A DNA stretch of 64,000 bases, taken from Candidatus Marinacidobacterium sp. (GTDB lineage Bacteria > Acidobacteriota > Vicinamibacteria > Marinacidobacterales > Marinacidobacteraceae). The position numbers and the translations under genes were made by a program. The notes beneath the pieces are model-generated. The model did no database searches. It was not told the DNA's origin and saw nothing but the letters and a program-made list of their open reading frames with translations. Shown here piece by piece: positions 9,327-18,247 of the stretch (position 1 is its first letter; each line of letters opens with the position of its first letter). The stretch is taken from assembly GCA_965220965.1 (NCBI GenBank), contig OZ244852.1, forward strand, positions 2,528,001-2,592,000, given 5' to 3'.

Positions 9327-11336
9327 CTACCGCTCTGGCTCGGCCGAGTCCACGTTGTCGCCCCCGCCGGGCTCGATCTCCTCGAACAGTGTGATCGCCT
9401 GCTGGAGGCTCTCGGCGTCGCCCACGAGGACGATCGTGTCGCCGGGGCGATACCGATAGTCCGGATCCCGGCGGTAGATCGGCTGTCCGTGGCGGACCAC
9501 CGCCACCTGGACCGCGCCGGTGCGCCGGCGCAGGTCGATGGTCGTCGCGTTCTCGCCGGTGACCCGGGCGCCCTCCGGGATCTCGACCAGCTCCAGCGCG
9601 TCGTGGATCCCGAGGTGTTTCAGCGCATCCAGACGCAGGTTCGGGGATGCCGTGCCCCGCAGCAGCCCGTAGTGCTCGGCGCGGACCGCCTCGGTCTCGC
9701 GCCAGATCCGGTTCACCGGGATCCGGTAGCTCTCGAGCGCCTTGGCGAACAGCTCGATGGACGCCTCGAACTCCTCGACGATCACATCGGTCGCGCCGAG
9801 CGATTCGAGTTCCTGCGCGGCGTTCGAGTTCTGGGTGCTCACGATGACGCGCACCTCGGGGTTCAGGTCCCGGACGATGGCGACGCCCCGGCGTTCGTCC
9901 GTCGGGGACTCCAGCGCGAAGACGACGATGCGCGCCCGGGAGACGCCCACATGCCCGAGCATTCCCGGCTGGGTTCCGTCGCCGTAGGCGGCGTTGATGC
10001 CGTCCTCCCGCGCCCGGAGCACCCTTCCGGCGTCCTGATCCACCACGATCGTGGCGATCCCGGCGGCGTCGAGGACGCGAGCCAGGTAGCGCCCGGCGAG
10101 GCCGTAGCCGATGACGACCGTGTGGTCGGAGAGTTCCCGCGTCGGTTCGTCCTCCGGCATGCGCTCGCCGCGGGCTCGAAGAAGGCGGCTGGCGAAGGGC
10201 CGGGCGGCGCGGATCAGGAACGGCGTCGCCATCATCGAGAGCACCGCCACGCTGAGGAACAACTGGTAGTCGCCCTCCCGGAACAGCCCGAGCGGCAGTC
10301 CGGCGGCTGCGAGCACCATGGAGAACTCGCCGACCTGCGCGAGACTCAGGCCACAGGCGAGCGCGGCTACGGCGGTTCCGCCAACCGCGAGGACCGAGGC
10401 GCCGACGAGCGCCGTCTTGAGCGCGAGCACGCCGATGAGCAGGGCCAGGATCAGGAACGGGCGCTGCGCCAACGCCGGGATGTCGAGCAGCATCCCGATC
10501 GAGAGAAAGAAGATCCCGCTGAACATCGCCCGGAACGGCAGGATGTCGGAGAGCGCCTGAAGGCCGTATTCGGACTCCGAGATCATCAGTCCGGCGATGA
10601 ACGCGCCGATTGCGAGCGAGAACCCGGCGGTTCCGGTCAGGAAGGTGGCCGCGATGCCGACGAAGCCGATGCAGAGGGTGAACAGCTCGCGGTCGCGCAG
10701 CAGCACGATCCGGTCGAGGAGCCGCTTGACCAGGAACTGGCCTCCGACCACGAGGAGCGCCACGATCGCGAGACCGCGCCCCAGTTCGCGTCCCACCTCG
10801 CCGAGGTCGGCGCCGCCCAGGTCCGCGAGCACCGGCGTCAGCAGAATGAGCGGCAGGATGCACAGGTCCTGGAACACCAGGATGGCGAGCGCCGAGCGCC
10901 CTGGCGGGGTCTCGAGTTCTCCCCGGTCCGCATAGCCGCGGATCACGATGGCGGTCGAGGACATCGCCGCGAGCGCGCCGTAGAAGATGGCGGTCCCGGT
11001 CGGGACGCCCGCCACCCGGGTGACCACCGCGACGATCGCCAGTGTGCCGGCGACCTGGAGTCCTCCGCCCAGCAGCACCGGGCGCGCCCAGCGGCGCAGA
11101 TGCGAGAGCGAGAGTTCGAGCCCGACCGAGAACAGCAGCAGCGCCACACCCAGCTCGGCGAGGGCGCTGACCGCTTCGCTCTCGCCGATGAGCGCGAACC
11201 CGCTCGGACCGATGAGGACCCCGGCCGCGAGGAAGCCGACGACCGGCGGGGCCGAGAGCCGGTGCGCCAGCGCCACGATCGGAATCGCGACGCCCACGAG
11301 CACCGCGAGGTCGGAGAGCAGGTGGAGGTGTGTCAA
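9327..11336 (-). CDS. CPA2 cation:proton antiporter (KefC/Kef-type) with TrkA-N and TrkA-C domains
   Basis: Many TM helices, 'GLELS', 'ILVFQDL', 'QVGEFS', RCK 'VVIGYG', 'YGDGT'. Confidence 0.92.
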   Translation of the reverse strand: MTHLHLLSDLAVLVGVAIPIVALAHRLSAPPVVGFLAAGVLIGPSGFALIGESEAVSALAELGVALLLFSVGLELSLSHLRRWARPVLLGGGLQVAGTLAIVAVVTRVAGVPTGTAIFYGALAAMSSTAIVIRGYADRGELETPPGRSALAILVFQDLCILPLILLTPVLADLGGADLGEVGRELGRGLAIVALLVVGGQFLVKRLLDRIVLLRDRELFTLCIGFVGIAATFLTGTAGFSLAIGAFIAGLMISESEYGLQALSDILPFRAMFSGIFFLSIGMLLDIPALAQRPFLILALLIGVLALKTALVGASVLAVGGTAVAALACGLSLAQVGEFSMVLAAAGLPLGLFREGDYQLFLSVAVLSMMATPFLIRAARPFASRLLRARGERMPEDEPTRELSDHTVVIGYGLAGRYLARVLDAAGIATIVVDQDAGRVLRAREDGINAAYGDGTQPGMLGHVGVSRARIVVFALESPTDERRGVAIVRDLNPEVRVIVSTQNSNAAQELESLGATDVIVEEFEASIELFAKALESYRIPVNRIWRETEAVRAEHYGLLRGTASPNLRLDALKHLGIHDALELVEIPEGARVTGENATTIDLRRRTGAVQVAVVRHGQPIYRRDPDYRYRPGDTIVLVGDAESLQQAITLFEEIEPGGGDNVDSAEPER

Positions 11337-11363
11337 GGTCCGTTCGGAACCGGCTCGGAAGCC

Positions 11364-11732
11364 TCAGGAACCCGGCGCGACCGGGCGCCGGGGAGCCTCC
11401 GCCCCGACGCCCGCGGTCCCGAGCTGGTCCCCGGTGAGGAGCCGACGCCCAACCGCGTTGATGTGCGCCTGGAGGGAACTTCCGGCGATGTCCGCGTGGC
11501 GCACCAGATCCACCCGCACCGGCAGCCGGCTCTCGATGAAGAGCGTCCGGATGCGGTCCACGGCGGCCCTGCTGATGTCGCCGAACACCGCGAGATCGAT
11601 GTCGGAGTTCTTCCGGTGGCGACCGGTCGCCCGGGAGCCGAAGACGTCGACCCGCGTGATCCCGTCCGCGTAGGGGGCCAGGACTCCGCGGATCGTCTCC
11701 AGATCCCGCTCCTCGATGCCGTGGTCAGGCAT
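11364..11732 (-). CDS. minimal nucleotidyltransferase (MNT) antitoxin-like protein
   Basis: 'VFGSRATG..RKNSDIDLAV', 'LPVRVDLV'. Confidence 0.85.
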   Translation of the reverse strand: MPDHGIEERDLETIRGVLAPYADGITRVDVFGSRATGRHRKNSDIDLAVFGDISRAAVDRIRTLFIESRLPVRVDLVRHADIAGSSLQAHINAVGRRLLTGDQLGTAGVGAEAPRRPVAPGS

Positions 11733-11862
11733 CGGCAGTCCCGGACCCCGCGCACAAACGGGCAGCGGTCACCGCGGGAACCGGGTCCGCCTCGCGCGGT
11801 CCCGACCGGAAGTCGCCGCACCGCGCGAAGCGGTAGCGCCACCGCGGCGTCAGGTCGGTCAC
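11725..11862 (-). pseudogene. truncated HI0074-type HEPN (nucleotidyltransferase substrate-binding) remnant
   Basis: 45-codon ORF MTDLTPRWRYRFA...; N-terminus resembles the RWxxRF start of the HI0074 family; stop overlaps MNT start; -10 TAGAAT at 11881-11886. Confidence 0.5.
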
Positions 11863-11918
11863 GGAGCGGGCCCTTCCGGGATTCTATGGAGCGGGCCCGC
11901 CCCGCGCCGACGCCTCCG

Positions 11919-14900
11919 CTACCGGTTCCCCGGCTCGCGCGGCGGCACCCGCACCAGTCCCGGGGCGCCCTCTTCCTCGAGCGCGCGATTCGCCTCGGGA
12001 AGCTGGCTGTCGGTGATCTCGGTGAAGTCCGACGTGATGGCGGCGAGGCGCTCCCGAAGGATCGCGTGGACCTCGCGCATCTGGTCGGTCGGCGGGAAAT
12101 CGTAGGAAGCCACCGCCCCGGCGAGATAGGCGATCCGGCTCCCGAGCATCGACGGCCAGCGGATCACGTCCTGCCCGGTTCCGGTGTTCCTCAACTGGAC
12201 CAGCCGCTCTTCCACCGCGATCAGCGAACCCTCCATCCCGTCGACCACCGAAGCGATGGCTTCCGCCTGCCCGGTCTCCTCCGCGAGCGCGGTCAGGTCC
12301 GCGAGCTGCCTCCGGAGCCACTCCACTTCGTTCACGATCCCGGCGACCGATTCGAGGTCCTCGCGGAGTTCCCGCAGCATCGCGGTCTGTTCCGCGATGT
12401 CTTCGAGCGAGCCCTCGCTCTTCGGGTCCTTGAGGACCGTGAGGGACCGGGTCTGCTCCATGTCGCCGACCCGGAGCGCGACCGTGTACTCGCCCGGGGG
12501 CGCAAGGATCGAGATCCGTCCGATGGGGCTGTCGCGGGTCCGGTCCTCATTGAGCTGGAACCACTCGGCGAAGGCGGGCGGGGTCCGCATGCGGATCTCG
12601 GTGCTCGCCTCCTCGCGGAGGTTCCACCACACGCGGTTCAGCCCGGCGTCCCCGCTCGCCTCCAGTGTGCGGATCGTCTCGCCGGCGGCGTTCCGGATCT
12701 CGAGTTCGACGCCCTCGGTCTCCTCCGCCAGCCAGTAGCTCAGCGGAGCGCCATAGGGCGGGTTCTCGCCGGCGGACCAGTCGTCGAACTGCGAGAACGG
12801 CGCGGTCATCTGGTGGAAGCGGTACTCGTCGCGCGGCTCGAACAGGTGCGCCGCCTTGTCGCCAACGTCGTCCCACTGCTGCAGCGGGCCGATGTCGTCC
12901 ATGATCCAGAAGCCGCGTCCGTAGGTCCCCACGACGAGGTCGCGGAAGGTCTCCTGGAGCGCGATCCAGTACATCGGGCTCGGGGGCAGCCCGTTCGCGA
13001 GCCGCTGCCAGTTGTCGCCGTCGTCGAAGCTGACGTAGAGGAAGTTCTCGGTGCCGAGATAGAGGAGGCCCGGCCGGACCGGGTCCTCGCGGACGTTCCG
13101 GGTGTAGCTCAGCGGGCTGTCCTCGACGCCGTTCACGATCCGGGTCCAGCTCTCGCCGAAGTCCTCGGTCCGGTAGACGTACGCCCCGAAGTTGCCGACC
13201 TGGTGCGCCTCGACGGTGAAGTAGGCCTTCCCGGCGTCCCACTTCGAGGCGTCGATGTTCCGGACGACGCCGTCTTCGGGCATCCCCGGGACGTTCGCGG
13301 TGAGGTCGGTCCAGGTGGCGCCGCCGTCGCGCGTCACGTGGAGCAGGCCGTCGTTCGTGCCCGCCCAGATCACCCCGGGCTCGACCGGGCTCTCGTCGAT
13401 CGCGTAGACCACGCAGCAGTACTCGACGCCGATGTTGTCCGGGGTCAGGCCGCCCGAAATCCCCATCCGGTCGCGGTTGTTGGTCGACAGGTCGGGGCTG
13501 ATCTCCTCCCAGCTCTGGCCGCCGTTCGTGGTGCGGTGGACATGCTGGCTTCCCACATAGACGGTGTTCCGGTCGTGCGGCGAAAGGAGCAGCGGGAACA
13601 CCCACTGGAACCGGTAGCGGAGGCCATCGGCCGGCCAGCCGGTCGTGCCCTCGGGCCACACCTCGACCTGCCGGAACTGGCGCGCCCTCTCGTCATACCG
13701 GACCACGATGCCGCCGGCCGATCCGAACCCGGAGGCGCTCGACCAGACGATGTTCGGATCCTCCGGATCGGGCGTGGCGAAACCGCTCTCGCCGCCGCCG
13801 ACGCCGTGCCATTCCCCCCGGGGGATACCGGAGGAGAAGAAGCCACCCATGAAGGACCGGCTGGGTCCTCGGGTTGAAGGGCCGTCCTGCCGGTTCCCGA
13901 GCACGTTGTAGGGAACGTCGTTGTCCACCGTCACGTGGTACATCTGGGCGAGCGGCAACTGGACCTTGAACCAGGAGGCGCCCCGGTTCTCCGAGATGGA
14001 GACCCCGCCGTCGTGCGCCACGGCCATCCGGTCAGCGTCGGTGTGGTCGATCCACATGTCGTGGTGGTCCCAGCCGGGAACGTCGTCGCCCTGGTGGACC
14101 CGGTGGCTGATGCCGGCGTCGAGCGTCGAGGCGAAGGCCGCGGTCAGGAAGTACGCCTCGTCCCGGTCGTCCGGAGCGGCGGCGCAGCGGGAGTAGTAGG
14201 CGCCCCGGCCGGCGAGGTTGCGGTTGTGGGTCTGGAGCGACCAGCTCTCGCCGCCGTCGCTCGAGGCCCACAGTTCGCCGCTTTCGGCTTCGCCGCCCTC
14301 CCAGGGAGCGCCGTCACTCGTCTCGATGAGCGCGTACACCCTCCGGGAGTCCGACTTGCTCATGCAGACCGCGACCTTGCCGACGTCGTGCTGCGGGAGC
14401 CCGTTGCCCTCGAGCCGGGTCCAGGTGTCGCCCCCGTCCTTCGTCATGAAGATGCCGCTGCCCGGACCGCCGCTCACCCGGCCCCACGTCTTGATCTCGA
14501 GCTGCCACATCCCGGCGAACAGGATGCGGGGGTTGTTCGGGTCCATGACGAGATCCGAGGCGCCGGTGTTCTCGTCCACGAACAGGACCTGCTCCCAGGT
14601 CTCGCCGCCGTCCATGGTGCGGTAGACCCCGCGCTCCGGCTGCGGCGTGTAGGCGTGCCCGAGCGACGCGGCGTAGACGATGTCGGGGTTCGTGGGGTGG
14701 ATCACGATCCGGCCGATCCGGGCGCTCTCCTCGAGCCCCATCGCAGTCCAGGACTCTCCGGCGTCGGTCGACCGGAACACCCCCGTGCCGATCGAGACGT
14801 TCGCCCGGATGAAGGTTTCGCCGGTCCCCGCCCAGACGACGTTCGGGTCCGACTCGGACACCGCCAGCGCGCCGATCGCGTGAACCGCCTGGTCGTCGAA

Positions 14901-15146
14901 CACCGGGCGCCAGCGGATGCCGGCGTCCTCGGTCTTCCAGATGCCTCCGGTGGCGGCGCCGGCGAAGTACACGTCGCGGTCGCCGGGGACGCCCGCGACC
15001 GCGAGCGTCCGGTTGCCCACCGGGCCGATGTGGCGGAACTTCAGTCCGCCGAGCTCGTCCGGCGCGGGCTGCGCGAGAGCGCCGCCGGCGGCGAGCGGGA
15101 GGGTGAGCGCGAGGGCCCACCGCGACGTCAGGGATCGAAGGGACAT
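11919..15146 (-). CDS. secreted VPS10/sortilin-like BNR-repeat glycosyl hydrolase
   Basis: Signal peptide, 'FRHIGP', repeated SxDxGxxW/TxDGGxxW Asp-boxes, 'DHHDMWID'; real start ATG 15146 rather than the 16712 ORF start. Confidence 0.88.
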   Translation of the reverse strand: MSLRSLTSRWALALTLPLAAGGALAQPAPDELGGLKFRHIGPVGNRTLAVAGVPGDRDVYFAGAATGGIWKTEDAGIRWRPVFDDQAVHAIGALAVSESDPNVVWAGTGETFIRANVSIGTGVFRSTDAGESWTAMGLEESARIGRIVIHPTNPDIVYAASLGHAYTPQPERGVYRTMDGGETWEQVLFVDENTGASDLVMDPNNPRILFAGMWQLEIKTWGRVSGGPGSGIFMTKDGGDTWTRLEGNGLPQHDVGKVAVCMSKSDSRRVYALIETSDGAPWEGGEAESGELWASSDGGESWSLQTHNRNLAGRGAYYSRCAAAPDDRDEAYFLTAAFASTLDAGISHRVHQGDDVPGWDHHDMWIDHTDADRMAVAHDGGVSISENRGASWFKVQLPLAQMYHVTVDNDVPYNVLGNRQDGPSTRGPSRSFMGGFFSSGIPRGEWHGVGGGESGFATPDPEDPNIVWSSASGFGSAGGIVVRYDERARQFRQVEVWPEGTTGWPADGLRYRFQWVFPLLLSPHDRNTVYVGSQHVHRTTNGGQSWEEISPDLSTNNRDRMGISGGLTPDNIGVEYCCVVYAIDESPVEPGVIWAGTNDGLLHVTRDGGATWTDLTANVPGMPEDGVVRNIDASKWDAGKAYFTVEAHQVGNFGAYVYRTEDFGESWTRIVNGVEDSPLSYTRNVREDPVRPGLLYLGTENFLYVSFDDGDNWQRLANGLPPSPMYWIALQETFRDLVVGTYGRGFWIMDDIGPLQQWDDVGDKAAHLFEPRDEYRFHQMTAPFSQFDDWSAGENPPYGAPLSYWLAEETEGVELEIRNAAGETIRTLEASGDAGLNRVWWNLREEASTEIRMRTPPAFAEWFQLNEDRTRDSPIGRISILAPPGEYTVALRVGDMEQTRSLTVLKDPKSEGSLEDIAEQTAMLRELREDLESVAGIVNEVEWLRRQLADLTALAEETGQAEAIASVVDGMEGSLIAVEERLVQLRNTGTGQDVIRWPSMLGSRIAYLAGAVASYDFPPTDQMREVHAILRERLAAITSDFTEITDSQLPEANRALEEEGAPGLVRVPPREPGNR

Positions 15147-15163
15147 GGGGAGATTCTCCGGAC

Positions 15164-16498
15164 TCAGGTGGGGGAAGCCGCCCCGCTCTCCGGGGCGACC
15201 TGTTTGCGAAAGTAGAGGTAGAGAGGGATCCCGGCCGCGGTGATGCCCAGTCCGATGAGGGCGTCGCGCGGGTTCGTGATCAGGGTGTTGCCGAGGAGCA
15301 CGGCGGTGAAGACCGTGAACAGGCCCGGCAGCCACGGGTAGCCGAAGGCCCGGTAGGGCCGCTCGAGGTCGGGCTTCCGGAAGCGCAGCACGAAGACTGC
15401 GGCGCTCCCCAGCCCGTAGAACAGCCACGAGACCACGACCACGTAGGTGAACAACTGGTCGTAGGTCCCGGTGAGCGCGATCCCCGAGGCCCAGAGCCCC
15501 TGCCACAGCGTGGCGTTCTTCGGCGCCCTCCCGTGGCTGAGCTTTCCGAAGCCCCGGAAGAACGCCCCGGCGCGCGACATGGCGTAGTAGACGCGCGCGC
15601 TCGTGAAGATGAACCCGTTGGCGGCGGCGAAGCACGAGACCATGACGGCGAGGGCCACGAGCTGGCCCCCCAGCGGTCCGCCGGCGCGCTGCGCGGCGTC
15701 CGCCGCCACGGTGTCGGTCCCGGCGAAGGCCTCCAGGGGCAGCGCGCGGAGGTAGGCCAGGTTCAGCAGCAGGTAGATGCCGATCAGCAGGATCAGGCTG
15801 AGCGAGATGGCCCGCGGGAGGAACCGCCGCGGGTTCTTCACTTCGCCGCCGACGAAGGTGATGCTGATCCAGCCGTCGTAGGCCCAGAGCGCCGCGACCA
15901 CCGCGGCGCCCCAACGGGCGGCGGTCGAGCCCTCGAGCGGAAGCCGGGCCGAGGAGATCGTCTCGGCCGGCTGGTCCCCCCAGAACACGCACAGGACCAC
16001 GATCGCCCCCGCCATGACCAGCTTGGCGATCGTGGTGAGGTTCTGGGTGCTCGCCGAGGTGCGGACGCTGCGGCAGTTCCACAGCGACAGGCCGAGGATC
16101 AGCGCGATGACGAAGGCCTTGGCGGCCACCGGGCCGAGCGGCTGGAAGTGGGTGAAGTACTCGACGAAGACCACCGCGACCGCAGCGATCGATGCGGTCT
16201 GGATCACCGAGAACAGGCTCCAGCCGTAGAGGAACCCGACCAGCGGGTGGTAGGCCCGCTCCAGATAGACGTACTCGCCGCCCGCATCCGGGTAGAGCGC
16301 CGCAAGCTCCGCGATCGCGAAGGCGCCGCAGAGCGAGATCAGGCCCGCGCCGATCCACACCAGCGACGACGCCCCCGCCGACCCGGTGGCGGCGATCACG
16401 CCCGCGGGGACCACGAAGGCCGCCGAGGCGAGGATCGTCCCGATGTTGATGTAGAGCGCGTCGCCGAGACGCAGCTCCCGTTTCAGCCCCTGGTCCAA
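15164..16498 (-). CDS. APC family amino acid permease
   Basis: 'LKRELRL', 'AELAALYPDAGGEYVYL', 'WAYDGW', 'EVKNPRR', 'RPYRAFGYP'; TTG start. Confidence 0.9.
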   Translation of the reverse strand: MDQGLKRELRLGDALYINIGTILASAAFVVPAGVIAATGSAGASSLVWIGAGLISLCGAFAIAELAALYPDAGGEYVYLERAYHPLVGFLYGWSLFSVIQTASIAAVAVVFVEYFTHFQPLGPVAAKAFVIALILGLSLWNCRSVRTSASTQNLTTIAKLVMAGAIVVLCVFWGDQPAETISSARLPLEGSTAARWGAAVVAALWAYDGWISITFVGGEVKNPRRFLPRAISLSLILLIGIYLLLNLAYLRALPLEAFAGTDTVAADAAQRAGGPLGGQLVALAVMVSCFAAANGFIFTSARVYYAMSRAGAFFRGFGKLSHGRAPKNATLWQGLWASGIALTGTYDQLFTYVVVVSWLFYGLGSAAVFVLRFRKPDLERPYRAFGYPWLPGLFTVFTAVLLGNTLITNPRDALIGLGITAAGIPLYLYFRKQVAPESGAASPT

Positions 16499-16584
16499 AC
16501 CGCAAGTATCCCAGAGCGCCCGGGCGTCCCGCCGGATCGGGAACCCGGGCCGGACGGCTCGCCTCCCCGGCGTACGATGGCGGA

Positions 16585-17067
16585 ATGGCCACCCGGGCGG
16601 AGCGCGACCGGGAGTTCCTGGAGGCCGCGCTCCTCGAGGCGCGGCGCGCCGGGGAGGCGGGAGAGGTGCCGGTGGGGGCGGTGCTGGTGCGGGAAGGGGA
16701 GGTCCTCGCCACCGGGCGGAACCGGGTCCGCGAGTCCGGAGACCCGACCGCCCACGCCGAGATCGAGGCGATCCGCCTGGCGGCGTCCCGACTGGGGAAC
16801 TACCGGCTGACCGGCTGCGATCTGTTCGTGACCGTCGAGCCCTGTCTGATGTGCGCGGGGGCGATCGTGCACGCCCGCATCCGCCGTCTGCTCTACGGCG
16901 CGCCGGAGCCCAAATTCGGTGCGGTAGAGTCTCGCGTCTCCCTCGTGGAACTCGGTCTGCCGCACCGGATCGGGATCGCGTCGGGGAAGACGGACCCGGA
17001 GGCCGCCGAAGTCGCCCGCGCCGCGCGCGAACTGCTTCAGTCGTTCTTCCGGGAACGCAGGTCCTGA
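16585..17067 (+). CDS. tadA: tRNA-specific adenosine deaminase
   Basis: 'GEVPVGAV', 'AHAE', 'TVEPCLMC', 'LQSFFRERR'. Confidence 0.93.
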   Translation: MATRAERDREFLEAALLEARRAGEAGEVPVGAVLVREGEVLATGRNRVRESGDPTAHAEIEAIRLAASRLGNYRLTGCDLFVTVEPCLMCAGAIVHARIRRLLYGAPEPKFGAVESRVSLVELGLPHRIGIASGKTDPEAAEVARAARELLQSFFRERRS

Positions 17068-17137
17068 CCGGAGCCAGGCCCTGACTCCGCGGGACCGGTC
17101 GAATCTGTCGGACCGTCCATCGGTCCGGACCCGACCC

Positions 17138-17230
17138 GGAGAGGTACCGAAGTGGCCGTAACGGGGGCGCCTCGAAAGCGCTTTGTCCGGTGAAGAGCCG
17201 GGCACGTGGGTTCGAATCCCACCCTCTCCG
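17138..17230 (+). tRNA. tRNA-Ser(CGA), CCA not encoded
   Basis: GGAGAGG/CCTCTCC acceptor stem, CTCGAAA anticodon loop, long variable arm, GGTTCGAATCC T-arm. Confidence 0.95.
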
Positions 17231-18128
17231 CCGAGGTCTCGCCGCGCTCGTCCTCGCCATCCCGCTCATCGGGGCATCGGCCCCGGCGAAACAGGCAGGC
17301 GATTCGCCCACGGTCACGGTCGCCGCGTGGAACATCGCGTGGTTCGGCGACGGCGTGGACGACGAAGTCCTCACCGGGAACCGGGACGGCGGACGGTTTG
17401 TGCGGCGGGAGGCGGACCTCGAGCGGCTTCGCCGGATCGTCGCCCGGTTGACCGAACTCGGGACCGACGCCGTAGCGCTCCAGGAGATCGAGAACGAGGC
17501 CGCCGCCCGGCGGCTGTTCCCCGAGGCCGACTGGGACCTCTTCGTGTCCCGCCGCGACACCGACCGGGCGTGGGCCCAGCGGACCGTGCTCGCCGTCCGC
17601 CGGGCCGCCGGCTGGAGCGTCGAACGCCACCGGGACGTGGTCGAGTGGTCTCCCCAGGGGCGGGATCGCCACGGGGTCGACCTGACGCTGTCCCGAGGAG
17701 AGGACCGGGTTCGCGTCCTGGGCATCCACTTCGAGTCGGGATGCGCCGGGCGTTCGCTGGACTCCGGCGTGCGGGACTGCGGCTTCCTGCGCATGCAGTT
17801 CGCGGTGCTCAAGGGCTGGCTCTACGACCGGCTGGAGGAAGGGATCCCGGCGATCGTCGCCGGGGACTGGAACTTCTTTCTTTCGCGCGCCGGCGAACCG
17901 CTGCCCGACCTGCCCGGTAGCCCGGTGATCCTCCCCTCCACCGGAAGCTCCCCCGGGTGCTGGCGCGGGCGGTTCCCCAACTTCGTCGACCACATCGTGG
18001 CGTTCCCGGCGCCCGGAGGAAGCGCCGCGCCGACGCGGTTCGAGGAGGTCCTGTTTGACGCTCCGCTCGAGCTGCGGGACCGGCTCTCGGATCACTGCGC
18101 GCTCGTCGGCGGGTTCGCGTTCCGGTAG
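17190..18128 (+). CDS. secreted endonuclease/exonuclease/phosphatase (EEP) family protein
   Basis: Signal-like 'RRGLAALVLAIPLIGASAPA', 'WNI', 'ALQEIEN', 'AGDWN', 'VDHI', 'SDHC'; start uncertain (inside tRNA). Confidence 0.82.
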   Translation: MKSRARGFESHPLRRGLAALVLAIPLIGASAPAKQAGDSPTVTVAAWNIAWFGDGVDDEVLTGNRDGGRFVRREADLERLRRIVARLTELGTDAVALQEIENEAAARRLFPEADWDLFVSRRDTDRAWAQRTVLAVRRAAGWSVERHRDVVEWSPQGRDRHGVDLTLSRGEDRVRVLGIHFESGCAGRSLDSGVRDCGFLRMQFAVLKGWLYDRLEEGIPAIVAGDWNFFLSRAGEPLPDLPGSPVILPSTGSSPGCWRGRFPNFVDHIVAFPAPGGSAAPTRFEEVLFDAPLELRDRLSDHCALVGGFAFR

Positions 18129-18247
18129 GAAGCGAGGGGCCCGGGGCCGCCTCGGCGGGCCCCGGAAAGCGCGCGGTCGGCGGCGACTGCGACCGGTCGA
18201 CTTTTCGCCCTTCAACGGCGTGGCGGGCTCGCTTACACTGGCCGGTT

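Noticed and set aside
9489-13877. Very long antisense ORFs (e.g. 1462 aa here; also 27233-30637, 49416-53033, 61491-63773)
   Set aside because: They mirror well-supported genes on the opposite strand. Stop-poor shadow frames are expected at this GC and they show no family motifs.
15147-17812. ORF-track N-terminal extensions suggesting giant fusions (1597-aa and 882-aa ORFs)
   Set aside because: The extensions are out-of-frame or antisense translations of the permease, tadA and tRNA. Real starts are 15146 and 16498.
17138-18200. Integrative element at tRNA-Ser
   Set aside because: No integrase, no duplicated tRNA 3' end found, and GC is host-like downstream.
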